A model generated the notes under the pieces. That model made no database searches and was not told the origin of the DNA. It saw only the letters and a list, made by a program, of their open reading frames with translations. A program made the translations under genes and the position numbers. A stretch of 64,000 nt of DNA, taken from sequence record SRR22947725_2292; one strand, given 5' to 3'. Position 1 is the first letter of the stretch, and the number at the start of each line of letters is the position of its first letter. Of the stretch, positions 1 to 9,335 are shown in pieces.

Positions 1-1
1 C

Positions 2-97
2 TGCTTGGATAAACACATACCATCACCTATTCCTCCAGTATTTGCACTAATATTTTTTGCTCTTGCCACAATCCTCAAAACCAAATTAGCTAAATAG
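2..97 (+). CDS. 3' end of an upstream gene (partial) ending in a candidate C-terminal sorting signal
   Basis: Frame +2 is open from base 2 to TAG at 95-97 and reads CLDKHIPSPIPPVFALIFFALATILKTKLAK*: Pro-rich motif, hydrophobic helix, basic tail. It ends 12 nt before the exosortase ATG. Not in the ORF track. Confidence 0.55.
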   Translation, partial: CLDKHIPSPIPPVFALIFFALATILKTKLAK

Positions 98-109
98 GCA
101 AGTAAGAGG

Positions 110-1519
110 ATGCCATCAACTGATGAGAGCACTACTTCTGCTCCTCTTTGGAAAGGGCTTCTTCCATTAATTTTCGTTTCAATATTTGCCACTCAATCAT
201 ACATCGTTGAACTCTATGGTGATATATGCAAACCTTTAGCATTATTGCTTATGGAGTTAGTTGGTTTAGAAACATCTGATCACGGCAATTACTTTACAGC
301 GGCATATTTAAAAGTACCCTGGACTCGTGATTGCGCTGGAATGAATTTATTATTAGTTCTTTTAGCAGTTTTTGGTTGGATGAATCGTAAACAACCACAA
401 AATTCTAATTATTGGCTTCGTATGCTTTGCATTCTTCCTGCTGCTATCGCTGCTAATGTTTTACGAATTTTAACTTTAGTCGCTTTTAGATATTTTTTCT
501 TTCCCGAAGTAGAATCTCCTCAGCTTCATTATTTTTTTGGGTTATTTTGGTTAGTTCCTTTTGCTTTACTTGCGATACCAAAAAATACTGAACGTCCGGT
601 AAAAGCTCTTTGGTTTGAGTTACTTCATATTTCTGCTGTTATTGGCTTACTTGCGCCTTTGTTTAGCTTGTCAAACCACTGGGTTACTGCCCTAGGCTCA
701 TTATTTTTCTTAATTAACAGTCGATTTGTAAGCGAATTTAGAGGGTATCATATAAAGGCTCTCGTTTCATGGTTTATACTAGCATTCTTTATAGCCTGGG
801 TACGTATAGAATCTTTGTGGCTGCCATGGTTATTAATATGCCCTTTGACGATTAACTATAAATGGTTTTTAAGTGTTGCAGGCCTAGCTTGTTTAGCGAC
901 CTCATGCCCACTTTTTATTCTCATCCCTGGAGCGGAATTAATTGGGACTATTATTTTCTTATTTTCCGCTCTAAAATTAAATAAAATGACACTTCCAGAC
1001 CCAATGCAAACACTGGCTGGTTTAGGTAAAATCTGGGAACGTTGCTTTGCTGCTGGGGTCGCACCTTTTTTATTTTTACCTTTTATAACCGCAATATCTT
1101 TTAATGGACAGTCGGAGATATTAGCACCTCCTTCAGATATAAAAAAAAGAGTTATTCAAGGAATGGGTTATGAATTACGGTTAAATGGCCAATCGCCAAA
1201 GCTTGGATTGCTGTGGTATGACCCACAAGGTGGTGACAGGCATCATGCAGTCGAGATATGCTTGCAGTATCGTGGTATTCTTTTAGAAGACTCAGAAACT
1301 CCATTTGTTAAAACTGATGGGAAACGTTGGTTTCGAGAGTTTTTTATTATTAGGAATCGTCTTGTAGCTGAATACCCAAACTATATTTGGCATACCATTG
1401 GGTTTCGTCAAAATCCTGGAGTTCACCTTATATTTGTTGCTGATCGAGAAAATTATAGTGCCAAAGATTTTGCGAAAAAAGCACAAATTACAGCCCATGA
1501 ACTGTTTAAAAGTTTATAA
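110..1519 (+). CDS. Exosortase/archaeosortase-family membrane protein with C-terminal EpsI-like domain
   Basis: Catalytic-triad motifs DCAGMN (Cys), ANVLRI (Arg) and LHYFFG (His); many TM helices; C-terminal soluble part with HHAVEICLQYRG, resembling the HxPExC motif of EpsI-like domains. Confidence 0.8.
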   Translation: MPSTDESTTSAPLWKGLLPLIFVSIFATQSYIVELYGDICKPLALLLMELVGLETSDHGNYFTAAYLKVPWTRDCAGMNLLLVLLAVFGWMNRKQPQNSNYWLRMLCILPAAIAANVLRILTLVAFRYFFFPEVESPQLHYFFGLFWLVPFALLAIPKNTERPVKALWFELLHISAVIGLLAPLFSLSNHWVTALGSLFFLINSRFVSEFRGYHIKALVSWFILAFFIAWVRIESLWLPWLLICPLTINYKWFLSVAGLACLATSCPLFILIPGAELIGTIIFLFSALKLNKMTLPDPMQTLAGLGKIWERCFAAGVAPFLFLPFITAISFNGQSEILAPPSDIKKRVIQGMGYELRLNGQSPKLGLLWYDPQGGDRHHAVEICLQYRGILLEDSETPFVKTDGKRWFREFFIIRNRLVAEYPNYIWHTIGFRQNPGVHLIFVADRENYSAKDFAKKAQITAHELFKSL

Positions 1520-1693
1520 TAAGGCATCAAGAAAAAGCATCACTTGATCAAAAATTTTTAACTATACTTATTAAATTCCAAAGGGTCAGGTAAGTTTTTC
1601 TAATTAACTTCATACTGACAAGAGAGCCTAGATTAACGATTGTAGCATAGTAATGCCTGAAGCATGGCAGGTTTAAATATCATAAGTGCTTTA

Positions 1694-1716
1694 AAGGCCA
1701 CACATTGTGTGACCTT
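1694..1716. terminator. Hairpin between convergent genes
   Basis: AAGGCCACACA-T-TGTGTGACCTT inverted repeat. Confidence 0.45.
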
Positions 1717-1742
1717 AGTATCAATTCATATACAGCTAAGTT

Positions 1743-2501
1743 TTATTGAAGCGAAGTTCCGTAGCGCTGATTAAATTGAGCAACAAGACTTCTAAGAACA
1801 ACTGGATTGCTCTTATCAATTTCAAAAACAATAGTCTCTCCACTAGGGCCAGCACCTATTAATGTTCGACATATAGGAAGGTGCGGGGAATTTTTAAAAG
1901 CTTTATGGGTTTCTTTATTGCCAATGATGTAAATACGACCATCATGAGCTTCCTCTGCGTAGAAGAAGTGCTGAGATTTGTATTTATTCCAAAGTCTCTT
2001 TTGCATATGAGGCTGAGCTTTGTCGATTTCAACTACAACTGTTTCACCTTTAGCGCCTGCACCAATCATTGTCTGGGCATAGGGTAAATGTGGTGATTTC
2101 TTGAACTTAGCTTCACTCGCTGTACTGCCAACTACATAAGTACGCCCATCATGAACAATTTCAGAGTAGTACAGATGCTTTGCTGAAAACTTAGTCCAAA
2201 GTCTCTTTTGAACTGATGCGTCATCTTTATCAACTTCTATAATTACAGTTTCGCCACCAGGTCCTACGCCAATACGCGTATCTGTATATGGTAAGTGATG
2301 AGTTTCATTGAATTTTAGTTCAGTGGCTTTATTGCCAATTAGATAATAGCGACCATCGTGCATTTTTTCTGCATAGTAAGGGCTGCTCATTTTAGCAGAC
2401 TCATTTGTCGTTTCTGAACTTGTTGTAGATGAAGTACAGCTTGTTAGTAAACAGGCTGATGTTAGTGCAATAGTTCCAGCAATAGCGCTCAAAGCTTTCA
2501 T
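1743..2501 (-). CDS. Lipoprotein with three ~69-aa tandem repeats, function unknown
   Basis: Lipobox LTSC; Ser/Thr linker; three copies of (Y/F)YxExxHDGRxYxxG...HLP...IGxGxxGETxxxExDK. Confidence 0.8.
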   Translation of the reverse strand: MKALSAIAGTIALTSACLLTSCTSSTTSSETTNESAKMSSPYYAEKMHDGRYYLIGNKATELKFNETHHLPYTDTRIGVGPGGETVIIEVDKDDASVQKRLWTKFSAKHLYYSEIVHDGRTYVVGSTASEAKFKKSPHLPYAQTMIGAGAKGETVVVEIDKAQPHMQKRLWNKYKSQHFFYAEEAHDGRIYIIGNKETHKAFKNSPHLPICRTLIGAGPSGETIVFEIDKSNPVVLRSLVAQFNQRYGTSLQ

Positions 2502-3027
2502 CTGTATTTCTCCATTAGTTTTTAATATAAGTGTATACAGACTTAAGTATTGAAATGTTTTGAAAGGGTTAAGTTAATATTAATAAGTGTGAATTTTTTG
2601 ATAAATTTCGATTAATTATGCCATTGAGTAGATTTATATAGTATCGATTACTCGTATATTCGTAAAAAACTCGATTTTCTTGGACTGAAACAATGCCAAT
2701 TATTTACCAGTTCTAACGTTCCACAAAATTTACAAGTCTAAATGATTGGTCTGATTAGCACAATCGTTGTTTGAACACCACAAATACAAGACAATAATTT
2801 ACTCGATACTTAGCAGCTTCACTTATGAAGCAAAAAAAACTTTCGTTAACTAATTATTTACTCAACATTTAATTATGATAATATTTTTTAAAAAAAGTTG
2901 TATTACTGGTAAAGAGTCCTAAAAGATTAAAGGCTATTAAACACCATCTTTATTTGAGCTATTCGTTTATAAATATAGTCATAGTAAACACCTTAAATAT
3001 GAAGTTTTATAATGAGATACTTAACGA

Positions 3028-3708
3028 ATGGTTAAACTAAATGTGGACAAAGCTTATTGCATAAGCTTAAGAGAAGCAGAGGATCGACGTGAACTCCTAG
3101 ATGATGAATTTAGTAAGTTGGGAGTAGAAGTTGAGTATTTCTTAGCTGATAGGATGACCAACCCACAACTAGGCTGTTCATTAAGTCACCAGGAAGTTGT
3201 TCGTTTAGCAAAAGAACAGGGACTTCAGAATGTTTTAATATACGAAGACGATGTAAGATTTTATGACTTTGAAGAAGAGCAAATCAATCAAATCAACAGA
3301 TTTTTGAATCATTCTGATCACTGTGAAATTTTTTATTTAGGGGGACTACTAGGAAGTATGTGGCGTACACGGCACAAGGGTATCGCAAGGTTTCGTGGGA
3401 TAACGACGCATTCCATAATAATCCCTCAAAAGAGTTTTGATTCGATTATAAATTATGATTTCTCAAATGGACAGCTAGGGATTGATACATTCTATAAAAG
3501 AAACTATCGGGCCTATGCTCCTTATCCTATGATGACTTATCAAGAAGATGAGACGATTTTAAAGTCAAGTATTCAAGAGTATCGAGATCAATTAAATCAG
3601 ACAAAGAAATCAGCAGAAACTCAAATACTAACATGGCATGAAAACAAAAAGAAAGAGTTCTGGCAATATAATTTTCTAAATTTATATAAATTTTTTTTAC
3701 GAAAATAG
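3028..3708 (+). CDS. Glycosyltransferase family 25
   Basis: YCISL...DRR N-terminus; GCSLSH and LIYEDDV motifs. Confidence 0.85.
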   Translation: MVKLNVDKAYCISLREAEDRRELLDDEFSKLGVEVEYFLADRMTNPQLGCSLSHQEVVRLAKEQGLQNVLIYEDDVRFYDFEEEQINQINRFLNHSDHCEIFYLGGLLGSMWRTRHKGIARFRGITTHSIIIPQKSFDSIINYDFSNGQLGIDTFYKRNYRAYAPYPMMTYQEDETILKSSIQEYRDQLNQTKKSAETQILTWHENKKKEFWQYNFLNLYKFFLRK

Positions 3709-3746
3709 CTAAACCTTAACAGTACACTCTTGATAGAGAGCAATTG

Positions 3747-4601
3747 TCATTTTTTCATTTTTAGCCAATGACTAGGAGCAATGTCATCAATATCGTATTC
3801 ATTGGTATTTAACCAGTCTTTAGGGCAAACCACAGTTTGATTTGGGTTGCTATTCAGCCAAGCACCCCACCAACTAAAAGAACTATTAGCAATGATATTG
3901 TGTTTTGCTTTTGACATTAAGTAGATATCGAGGAAAGCTGGTTGAGATTTGTCTATTTCCATGAAATGGCATTTGAATGGGAGGTGACCGAGATTTTCTT
4001 TGACCCAATTATAATCATCTGAAAAGAAAAATATTTCACTACTTGGTGAGTTTTTAGTCAAGGTTTCAATAGCTGTCTTGTAGTAGTCTTTACTACAGAG
4101 GCCAAAGCGCTTAAGCGTATCTGGGTTATTAGCATAGTCTGAACGTCTAATATGCACTGCAATTGAATTACTTGATTCAATTAAATTCAGCTTATTAAGG
4201 GATTCATTGTTTAAAGTGAAATTGGGTTGTATGCCAGAACTAATAGCCTCTTTATGGCTTTCTAAATACTTGTAACATTGCCAATAACCATTGAGTAAAA
4301 TTTTTGGCCCATAATCAAAGAACTTAGTGTCGAAATGGAACTTCTTTTCTCTAATGTAAGTGTAATTCAAAGGTTTCTTGAGGAAACGCAATATTTTACT
4401 TTTATAAAAGTTAGTCGCTCCGCTGACAGATGTTGCGTCAATAGTGACTGAGTCAAGTTCGTACTTGCGAAGAGGATCTTTAGCAAATGAGGAAATATCT
4501 AAATGCAGAGGTGTTTTATATTCCATAGAAAGAGCTTTACCAACAGCATATTGAAATAGTTGGTTGCCTAAGCCCCCTTTAATTCTTGAATATATACTCA
4601 C
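3747..4601 (-). CDS. Alpha-1,2-fucosyltransferase (GT11)
   Basis: GGLGNQLFQYA, GYWQ, AVHIRRSDY, FFSDD and NSSFSWWGAWL motifs. Start is probably GTG at 4601; the ORF track extends to 4655 through a repeat. Confidence 0.9.
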   Translation of the reverse strand: MSIYSRIKGGLGNQLFQYAVGKALSMEYKTPLHLDISSFAKDPLRKYELDSVTIDATSVSGATNFYKSKILRFLKKPLNYTYIREKKFHFDTKFFDYGPKILLNGYWQCYKYLESHKEAISSGIQPNFTLNNESLNKLNLIESSNSIAVHIRRSDYANNPDTLKRFGLCSKDYYKTAIETLTKNSPSSEIFFFSDDYNWVKENLGHLPFKCHFMEIDKSQPAFLDIYLMSKAKHNIIANSSFSWWGAWLNSNPNQTVVCPKDWLNTNEYDIDDIAPSHWLKMKK

Positions 4602-4651
4602 CGTTTTAGCTGCCTTCTTTGCAAGATTTTTCTTAGAAAGGCTAATAAAGT

Positions 4652-4719
4652 GCAAGCTAAACTATTATCCACTCCGTTTCAGCAGCTTTCTTTAGCAAGC
4701 TAAACTATTATCCACTCCG
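4652..4719. repeat. 25-bp perfect direct repeat, 2 copies
   Basis: GCAAGCTAAACTATTATCCACTCCG at 4652-4676 and 4695-4719. Confidence 0.9.
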
Positions 4720-4736
4720 GAACGATTGTCCCGGAG
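4715..4736 (-). terminator. Possible hairpin downstream of the DUF1552 gene
   Basis: CTCCGG-N10-CCGGAG; no clear U-tract. Confidence 0.3.
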
Positions 4737-4751
4737 CAGTGTAGAAGACTT

Positions 4752-6026
4752 TTAAATTATTGTACCTTGCGAATCGCCAAATTTCTTGATGGGGCATCCT
4801 GCTGTTTTCATCATCCCTAAGTAGAGATTATTCAAAGGGGTGCCGCGGTCATGAATTCTATGGCTGCCCGTTCTAACATCGCCACCACCTTTACCGGCCA
4901 AAATGATTGGTTTCTGATGAGTACTATGCTTGTTTGAACACCACAAGTCAGAACCAAGGAGGATTAAGCTGTTGTCGAGAAGGGTTTTGTCGCCTTCTTT
5001 TATCTCGTGCATTTTTTGAACTACTTTTGCGTAAACGCTCACTTGGAAGCGCGTTATAGCTTCGCAATGCTTCATTTTCTCAGGTTTATCGCTGTGGTGA
5101 GAAACTTCATGTGGGCCTTCTTTGACTCCAAGGAAGTTGTAGTTCGGACCATTCCCTAAGCCTCGCCCAAGCATGTAGGTGGCGACTTTAGTTCTATTTG
5201 TTTGCAAGGCAAGAACAAAGATATCCGCCATTGTTTCGGCATATTCGCGGTGATCCCGAGCAATACCACCTTCAGGTTTTTTAGCACCTCTTGGCATGCT
5301 AAATTTCGTTTGTGTCGCTTTATGAATTCTTTTTTCCAAAGCTCTTACTGATGAAAAATACTGCTCGATACGGTAAAGGTCTTCACGTCCTAAAGAGCGC
5401 TTCATGTGAGCCGTATCTTCCTTGATATAGTCTAAGATGCTTTTCGTCTCAGCCGGAGTTGTCGCACTCTTTTTAGCGCCTTTAAAGAGACGATTATAGG
5501 CATTCACCGGTACACGCTCTCTAGGAATAGGCGTCTTTTCGTCTGACCATGAAATGTAAGAGGCCATCGATTGGCTATAGCCATGGTTATCCAGGCCACC
5601 AGGATGCACAGTATTTAAAGAAAGCTCAAGGCTTGGAAAGGGAGTGTATTGCCCTAAGTAATCAGCCGCTACCTGATCGGTTGATTTACCGACTTTAAAT
5701 TCTCCTAGCCCCTTCTTGACTACGGCGCCAGATAGAAAATTCGCCGTTCCGGGGATGTGACCACAAAATGTATTGTGAGTCAGGCCAGTATGAACGTTGA
5801 TCATATCTTTTACTGAATCAAGAGGAGTTAAACTTTTTGGTAATTCTTTGAGTTTGCCTTTTGCCGGAGTCCAGTGCTTTTCGATCACCCCATTTGGAAA
5901 AAAGATATAACCCAACCTAATGTTTTTAGGACTAAAACTACTTTGTGCCATGGCCTCAAGCCAGGGAAGTCCGACTGTAATTCCACCAAGTCCTCGCAGA
6001 ACTGTTCTTCGATTTATTTTTTGCAT
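4752..6026 (-). CDS. DUF1552-family protein (PVC-type) with Tat-like signal
   Basis: N-terminal NRRTVLRGLGG...LPWLEAM; FFPNG, FPSLEL, SYISW, HEVSHH, EGDKTLLDNS and KFGDS motifs; lies downstream of a DUF1592-type gene. Confidence 0.88.
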   Translation of the reverse strand: MQKINRRTVLRGLGGITVGLPWLEAMAQSSFSPKNIRLGYIFFPNGVIEKHWTPAKGKLKELPKSLTPLDSVKDMINVHTGLTHNTFCGHIPGTANFLSGAVVKKGLGEFKVGKSTDQVAADYLGQYTPFPSLELSLNTVHPGGLDNHGYSQSMASYISWSDEKTPIPRERVPVNAYNRLFKGAKKSATTPAETKSILDYIKEDTAHMKRSLGREDLYRIEQYFSSVRALEKRIHKATQTKFSMPRGAKKPEGGIARDHREYAETMADIFVLALQTNRTKVATYMLGRGLGNGPNYNFLGVKEGPHEVSHHSDKPEKMKHCEAITRFQVSVYAKVVQKMHEIKEGDKTLLDNSLILLGSDLWCSNKHSTHQKPIILAGKGGGDVRTGSHRIHDRGTPLNNLYLGMMKTAGCPIKKFGDSQGTII

Positions 6027-6036
6027 GTTTATGTCC

Positions 6037-9000
6037 CTAATTTTTGTGTTGGAATTGATGACTATTGACGATTTCGAAAACCATAGCGGAGAACTTATAG
6101 TCGTTTTCTTTAAGACTCTTAACCATGTTATTTATAACGTAGAAATCGTAGTACTTAATGCTTCTTCCCAAAGCGTAACCGAGCAGCTTTCTAGACATAT
6201 TTTTCAAATAGCTTTTCTTCTGTTTCAACAGGTACTTCTTCAAGCCTTGAGGGCCTGAAATGATTCTTCCAGAAACAAGCTCCCCTGTGGAGTCTATTGG
6301 GGCCGTTTGATACTTATCTCGCCAACGACCTAGGACATCGTAATTTTCCAGAGGGAAGCCAATCGGGTCAATCTTTTGATGACAACCTTTACAGTTTGGT
6401 GAATTGCGATGAGCTTCAAGCTGTTTTTTCAATGTCAGGTTTTCACTGACGACTTCTTCGTCTGGCAATGGTTCAATTTCTGCTGGCGGCGGTGGCGTTG
6501 GAGTACCGAGAAGGGCATTTATTACCCAGTTGCCCCTCAGTATAGGACTGGTTCTAAGAGCTGCGGATGTTGCGGTTAATATGCTGGCATGGCCTAAGAT
6601 ACCACCGCGATTTTTGTCCTTTAACATAACTTTTGAAAAGCCTGAAAAGTCATGCTCCATACCGTAATGCTTTTTGAGATTTCCATTAAGAAAGGTGTAA
6701 TCGGCATCTATAAGCTCTAAGACACTGCGGTCCATTTTCACAATGTACTCAAAGCATAACGCGGTCTCACGCCACATATCTTGCGCCAGTGCATCATTGA
6801 ACTCCGGGAATTTCTCCTTATTTATACCGTCAAAAGTCAAAATTCTTTGAAACTGCAACCACTGAGCTGCAAAATACTTAGCTAATCCACTCGATTTTTT
6901 ATTTTTAATCATACGCTTAACCTGGAGCATAAGGACATCTGGCTGTGACAGTCTTTTCTCTGCCGCCAATTGCAAAAGCTCCTCATCCGGAGGGTGACTC
7001 CAGAGGAAATAAGATAGCCGCGACGCGAGCTCATAATCAGTTACCTTTGAGGTCCTTCCCGCTTTAGTTTCATGCCGGTAGATAAATTTCATATTTATAA
7101 AAGTTCGGATCACAAAAAGACGTGCTGCAGCAGGCAGGCCGAACTGGGTCATAGCAGCTAGAAAGTCTTTGGTCATTTCATAAACTTGCTTATTGTCTGG
7201 CGGCTGCCTATGCGCTTTAAATAACAGGTCCTCAATATGAGGTTGAATTAATTGACTTATACTTGAGCGGTAGCGAGACCTAGGGCCTTTCTCAAGGAAG
7301 TCTTGGAGTGCGATCAAGCTTTTGTAGTCACTAAGCTTTGACGGCTCAAGTAAACTCAAAAGCTCTTTCTCTGTGTAAGTAAAAACTTGAGCTACATTGT
7401 TTTTGAACATAAGTTCAGGGCTCGCAGAACTATTAGGTTCATCCATAACTTTTTTGATGGATTGTAAGTAAGCTTTTCTGAAATCCTGAATAACTGGTAG
7501 AAGACTTTCTTCATCGTAGTTTTTGCGCTTCAGTTCTTGCCACGGACGGAGGAGATCGCGCTCAATTATACTTTTATCAAAGGAAGAATTGAGGTAATCA
7601 CTGCCCTTTTTAAGGAAGCTTGGATTGATGTTATACTTACTCGATATTTCCGCTATTCGCGAGGCTTTTCTGTCGGCTTTATTGAATTCATTTACGGCTT
7701 TCATGAGCTTAGGCAGATAGGTTTTTATGGAGAAGTCTTTCGGGTATAAATCCGCTAAGGTATGGTCTATTTCTGCCTGAATTTCTATTAATGATTCTTT
7801 TTTACTTGCCGGGTTAACTTCTGAATCAGAAAAGGTGAAACCGTTTTTTAAATCAAATCTGCTATAAGATGAGATGATCTCTGCTGCCTGCAAATATTGT
7901 TCAAATTGGAGTGGAGAAACACTCAGAATTGATGAATCATTACTAAAGCCTTCGCCACCAGCTCCATCCATCGCGAAGTTTGCTGAGAGCTGAAGGTCTA
8001 GACCAGTAACTGCTTTAACCGTGTTGTCGTATTCGTAACCTGTGAGTCGACGAATTTTCGTTGGGCCCGTTTGTTTCGTCGCCGTATTCTCTAATTTATA
8101 AAGAGTTTTACCAATGTAACCCGTGAGCGCCTGCCTTTCGCCTGCGGTCATTTTTGAATCTTCTTCAGGCGGCATACTGCCTGTTTCTACTTGATCAAAG
8201 AAGTGAATCAAAAAATCATAATAAACATAAAATGATTCTGGCTTACTGAAGATAGTCACATCGAAATCGCCCTTGATTTTTTTAGGGTTGTGACACTCGG
8301 CACAATGCTTTTGTATGAGCTTATGAAAACCCTTAAAATCTAGAGTTGCGTTAAGATCTTTATATTTTTCCAATCTCCCCGAATCATCGGCTTCAATTTC
8401 CTCTTCAATTTGAGGTTCTGATAACTGCTCGTCTGCGTCATCTATAGAGCTTGTATCAAGGCTTGCTGAGTCAACAATAGGGTCAAGTTCTTCTGATACA
8501 TCTACTGCGTCACTGGTCATCTGATCAGCATTTGTATTCGCTGAAATAGTGTTGTTAGGTTTTTGCGCGGCTTCATAGATTGTCATTAATTGTGGATAAA
8601 AATGTTTCGAGACCATAACAAGAATGATGAGGACAATAGCTTTCGTAATCCTTGCTTTAAGCACTGCTTTTTGACGAGCAGCTTTTCTTCTCTCGGCATT
8701 TTTTTTCAGTGAGTCTTTATCTGTACTCGCGGCAATGCTTTTCTTTTTAGGAGAAGACTTCACGGTCATATTTTTTTTCAGTGAGTCTTTATCAATACTA
8801 GCCGTAAAGCTCTTCTTTTTAGGCAAGGGCTCCAAAACGACTTTAGTCGCTTTTAGCTGAAGGCTCATTTCCACTAAGCTTATTTTAATTTTATCTTGAT
8901 GCTTTAGAATGACATTCGCCGATATTCTCTGACCGTTATGGAAAACACCATTTGTGCTCTCAATATCGCTGAGAATCCAGTTATGATCTACCTTTTTTAT

Positions 9001-9138
9001 ACAGGCATGTATGCCTGAAACGCCGTCTTCTACTAAGGTCAAAGAATTGGATGGATCTGAGCCAATAGTGACCAATGAATCGTCGTCATAACTCAGGCTC
9101 TGACCCGCGAGCCCGCCACTTAGGATATTTAGTTTCAT
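6037..9138 (-). CDS. FHA-domain + cytochrome c + DUF1587/DUF1592/DUF1588/DUF1585-type protein
   Basis: N-terminal FHA (IGSD..VSGIHA..DIESTNGVFHNG); TM helix; CAECH and CKGCH heme motifs; RRLTGYEYDNTV, ELASRLSYFLWSHPPD, RTSPILRGNW, IDPIGFPLENYD and YALGR motifs. Confidence 0.85.
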   Translation of the reverse strand: MKLNILSGGLAGQSLSYDDDSLVTIGSDPSNSLTLVEDGVSGIHACIKKVDHNWILSDIESTNGVFHNGQRISANVILKHQDKIKISLVEMSLQLKATKVVLEPLPKKKSFTASIDKDSLKKNMTVKSSPKKKSIAASTDKDSLKKNAERRKAARQKAVLKARITKAIVLIILVMVSKHFYPQLMTIYEAAQKPNNTISANTNADQMTSDAVDVSEELDPIVDSASLDTSSIDDADEQLSEPQIEEEIEADDSGRLEKYKDLNATLDFKGFHKLIQKHCAECHNPKKIKGDFDVTIFSKPESFYVYYDFLIHFFDQVETGSMPPEEDSKMTAGERQALTGYIGKTLYKLENTATKQTGPTKIRRLTGYEYDNTVKAVTGLDLQLSANFAMDGAGGEGFSNDSSILSVSPLQFEQYLQAAEIISSYSRFDLKNGFTFSDSEVNPASKKESLIEIQAEIDHTLADLYPKDFSIKTYLPKLMKAVNEFNKADRKASRIAEISSKYNINPSFLKKGSDYLNSSFDKSIIERDLLRPWQELKRKNYDEESLLPVIQDFRKAYLQSIKKVMDEPNSSASPELMFKNNVAQVFTYTEKELLSLLEPSKLSDYKSLIALQDFLEKGPRSRYRSSISQLIQPHIEDLLFKAHRQPPDNKQVYEMTKDFLAAMTQFGLPAAARLFVIRTFINMKFIYRHETKAGRTSKVTDYELASRLSYFLWSHPPDEELLQLAAEKRLSQPDVLMLQVKRMIKNKKSSGLAKYFAAQWLQFQRILTFDGINKEKFPEFNDALAQDMWRETALCFEYIVKMDRSVLELIDADYTFLNGNLKKHYGMEHDFSGFSKVMLKDKNRGGILGHASILTATSAALRTSPILRGNWVINALLGTPTPPPPAEIEPLPDEEVVSENLTLKKQLEAHRNSPNCKGCHQKIDPIGFPLENYDVLGRWRDKYQTAPIDSTGELVSGRIISGPQGLKKYLLKQKKSYLKNMSRKLLGYALGRSIKYYDFYVINNMVKSLKENDYKFSAMVFEIVNSHQFQHKN
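8698..8823. repeat. Internal 72-bp-period duplication in the FHA-fusion gene
   Basis: Encodes PKKKSFTASIDKDSLKKN / PKKKSIAASTDKDSLKKN; CAGTGAGTCTTTATC occurs at 8707 and 8779. Confidence 0.85.
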
Positions 9139-9223
9139 ACACACTCTACACTCGAATTTATTAGTTAATTAACACACCCAATCGACTATAAATCGAAAGA
9201 CTAAACGAGCTGTATATCAAGAC

Positions 9224-9249
9224 CTAGACAGTCTATGTGCAAAAAGTTA
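9224..9249 (-). promoter_or_regulatory. Possible ECF-sigma promoter for the FHA/DUF1592-DUF1552 operon
   Basis: Minus strand TAACTT-N15-TCTAG. Confidence 0.3.
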
Positions 9250-9335
9250 TATAAATTCTTTAAGTGCTAGCGGTTAAAATAGATTTTAACTCAAAATAAG
9301 AGAGGGGATAATACGAAATTGCATATCAGTATTCT

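Noticed and set aside
2502-3027. 525-bp AT-rich intergenic region as possible ncRNA or small gene
   Set aside because: No convincing ORF, stable structure or recognisable RNA motif; consistent with divergent promoters
4652-4719. Possible mini-CRISPR array
   Set aside because: Only two 25-bp repeats with an 18-nt spacer that itself resembles nearby sequence; no cas genes in the window
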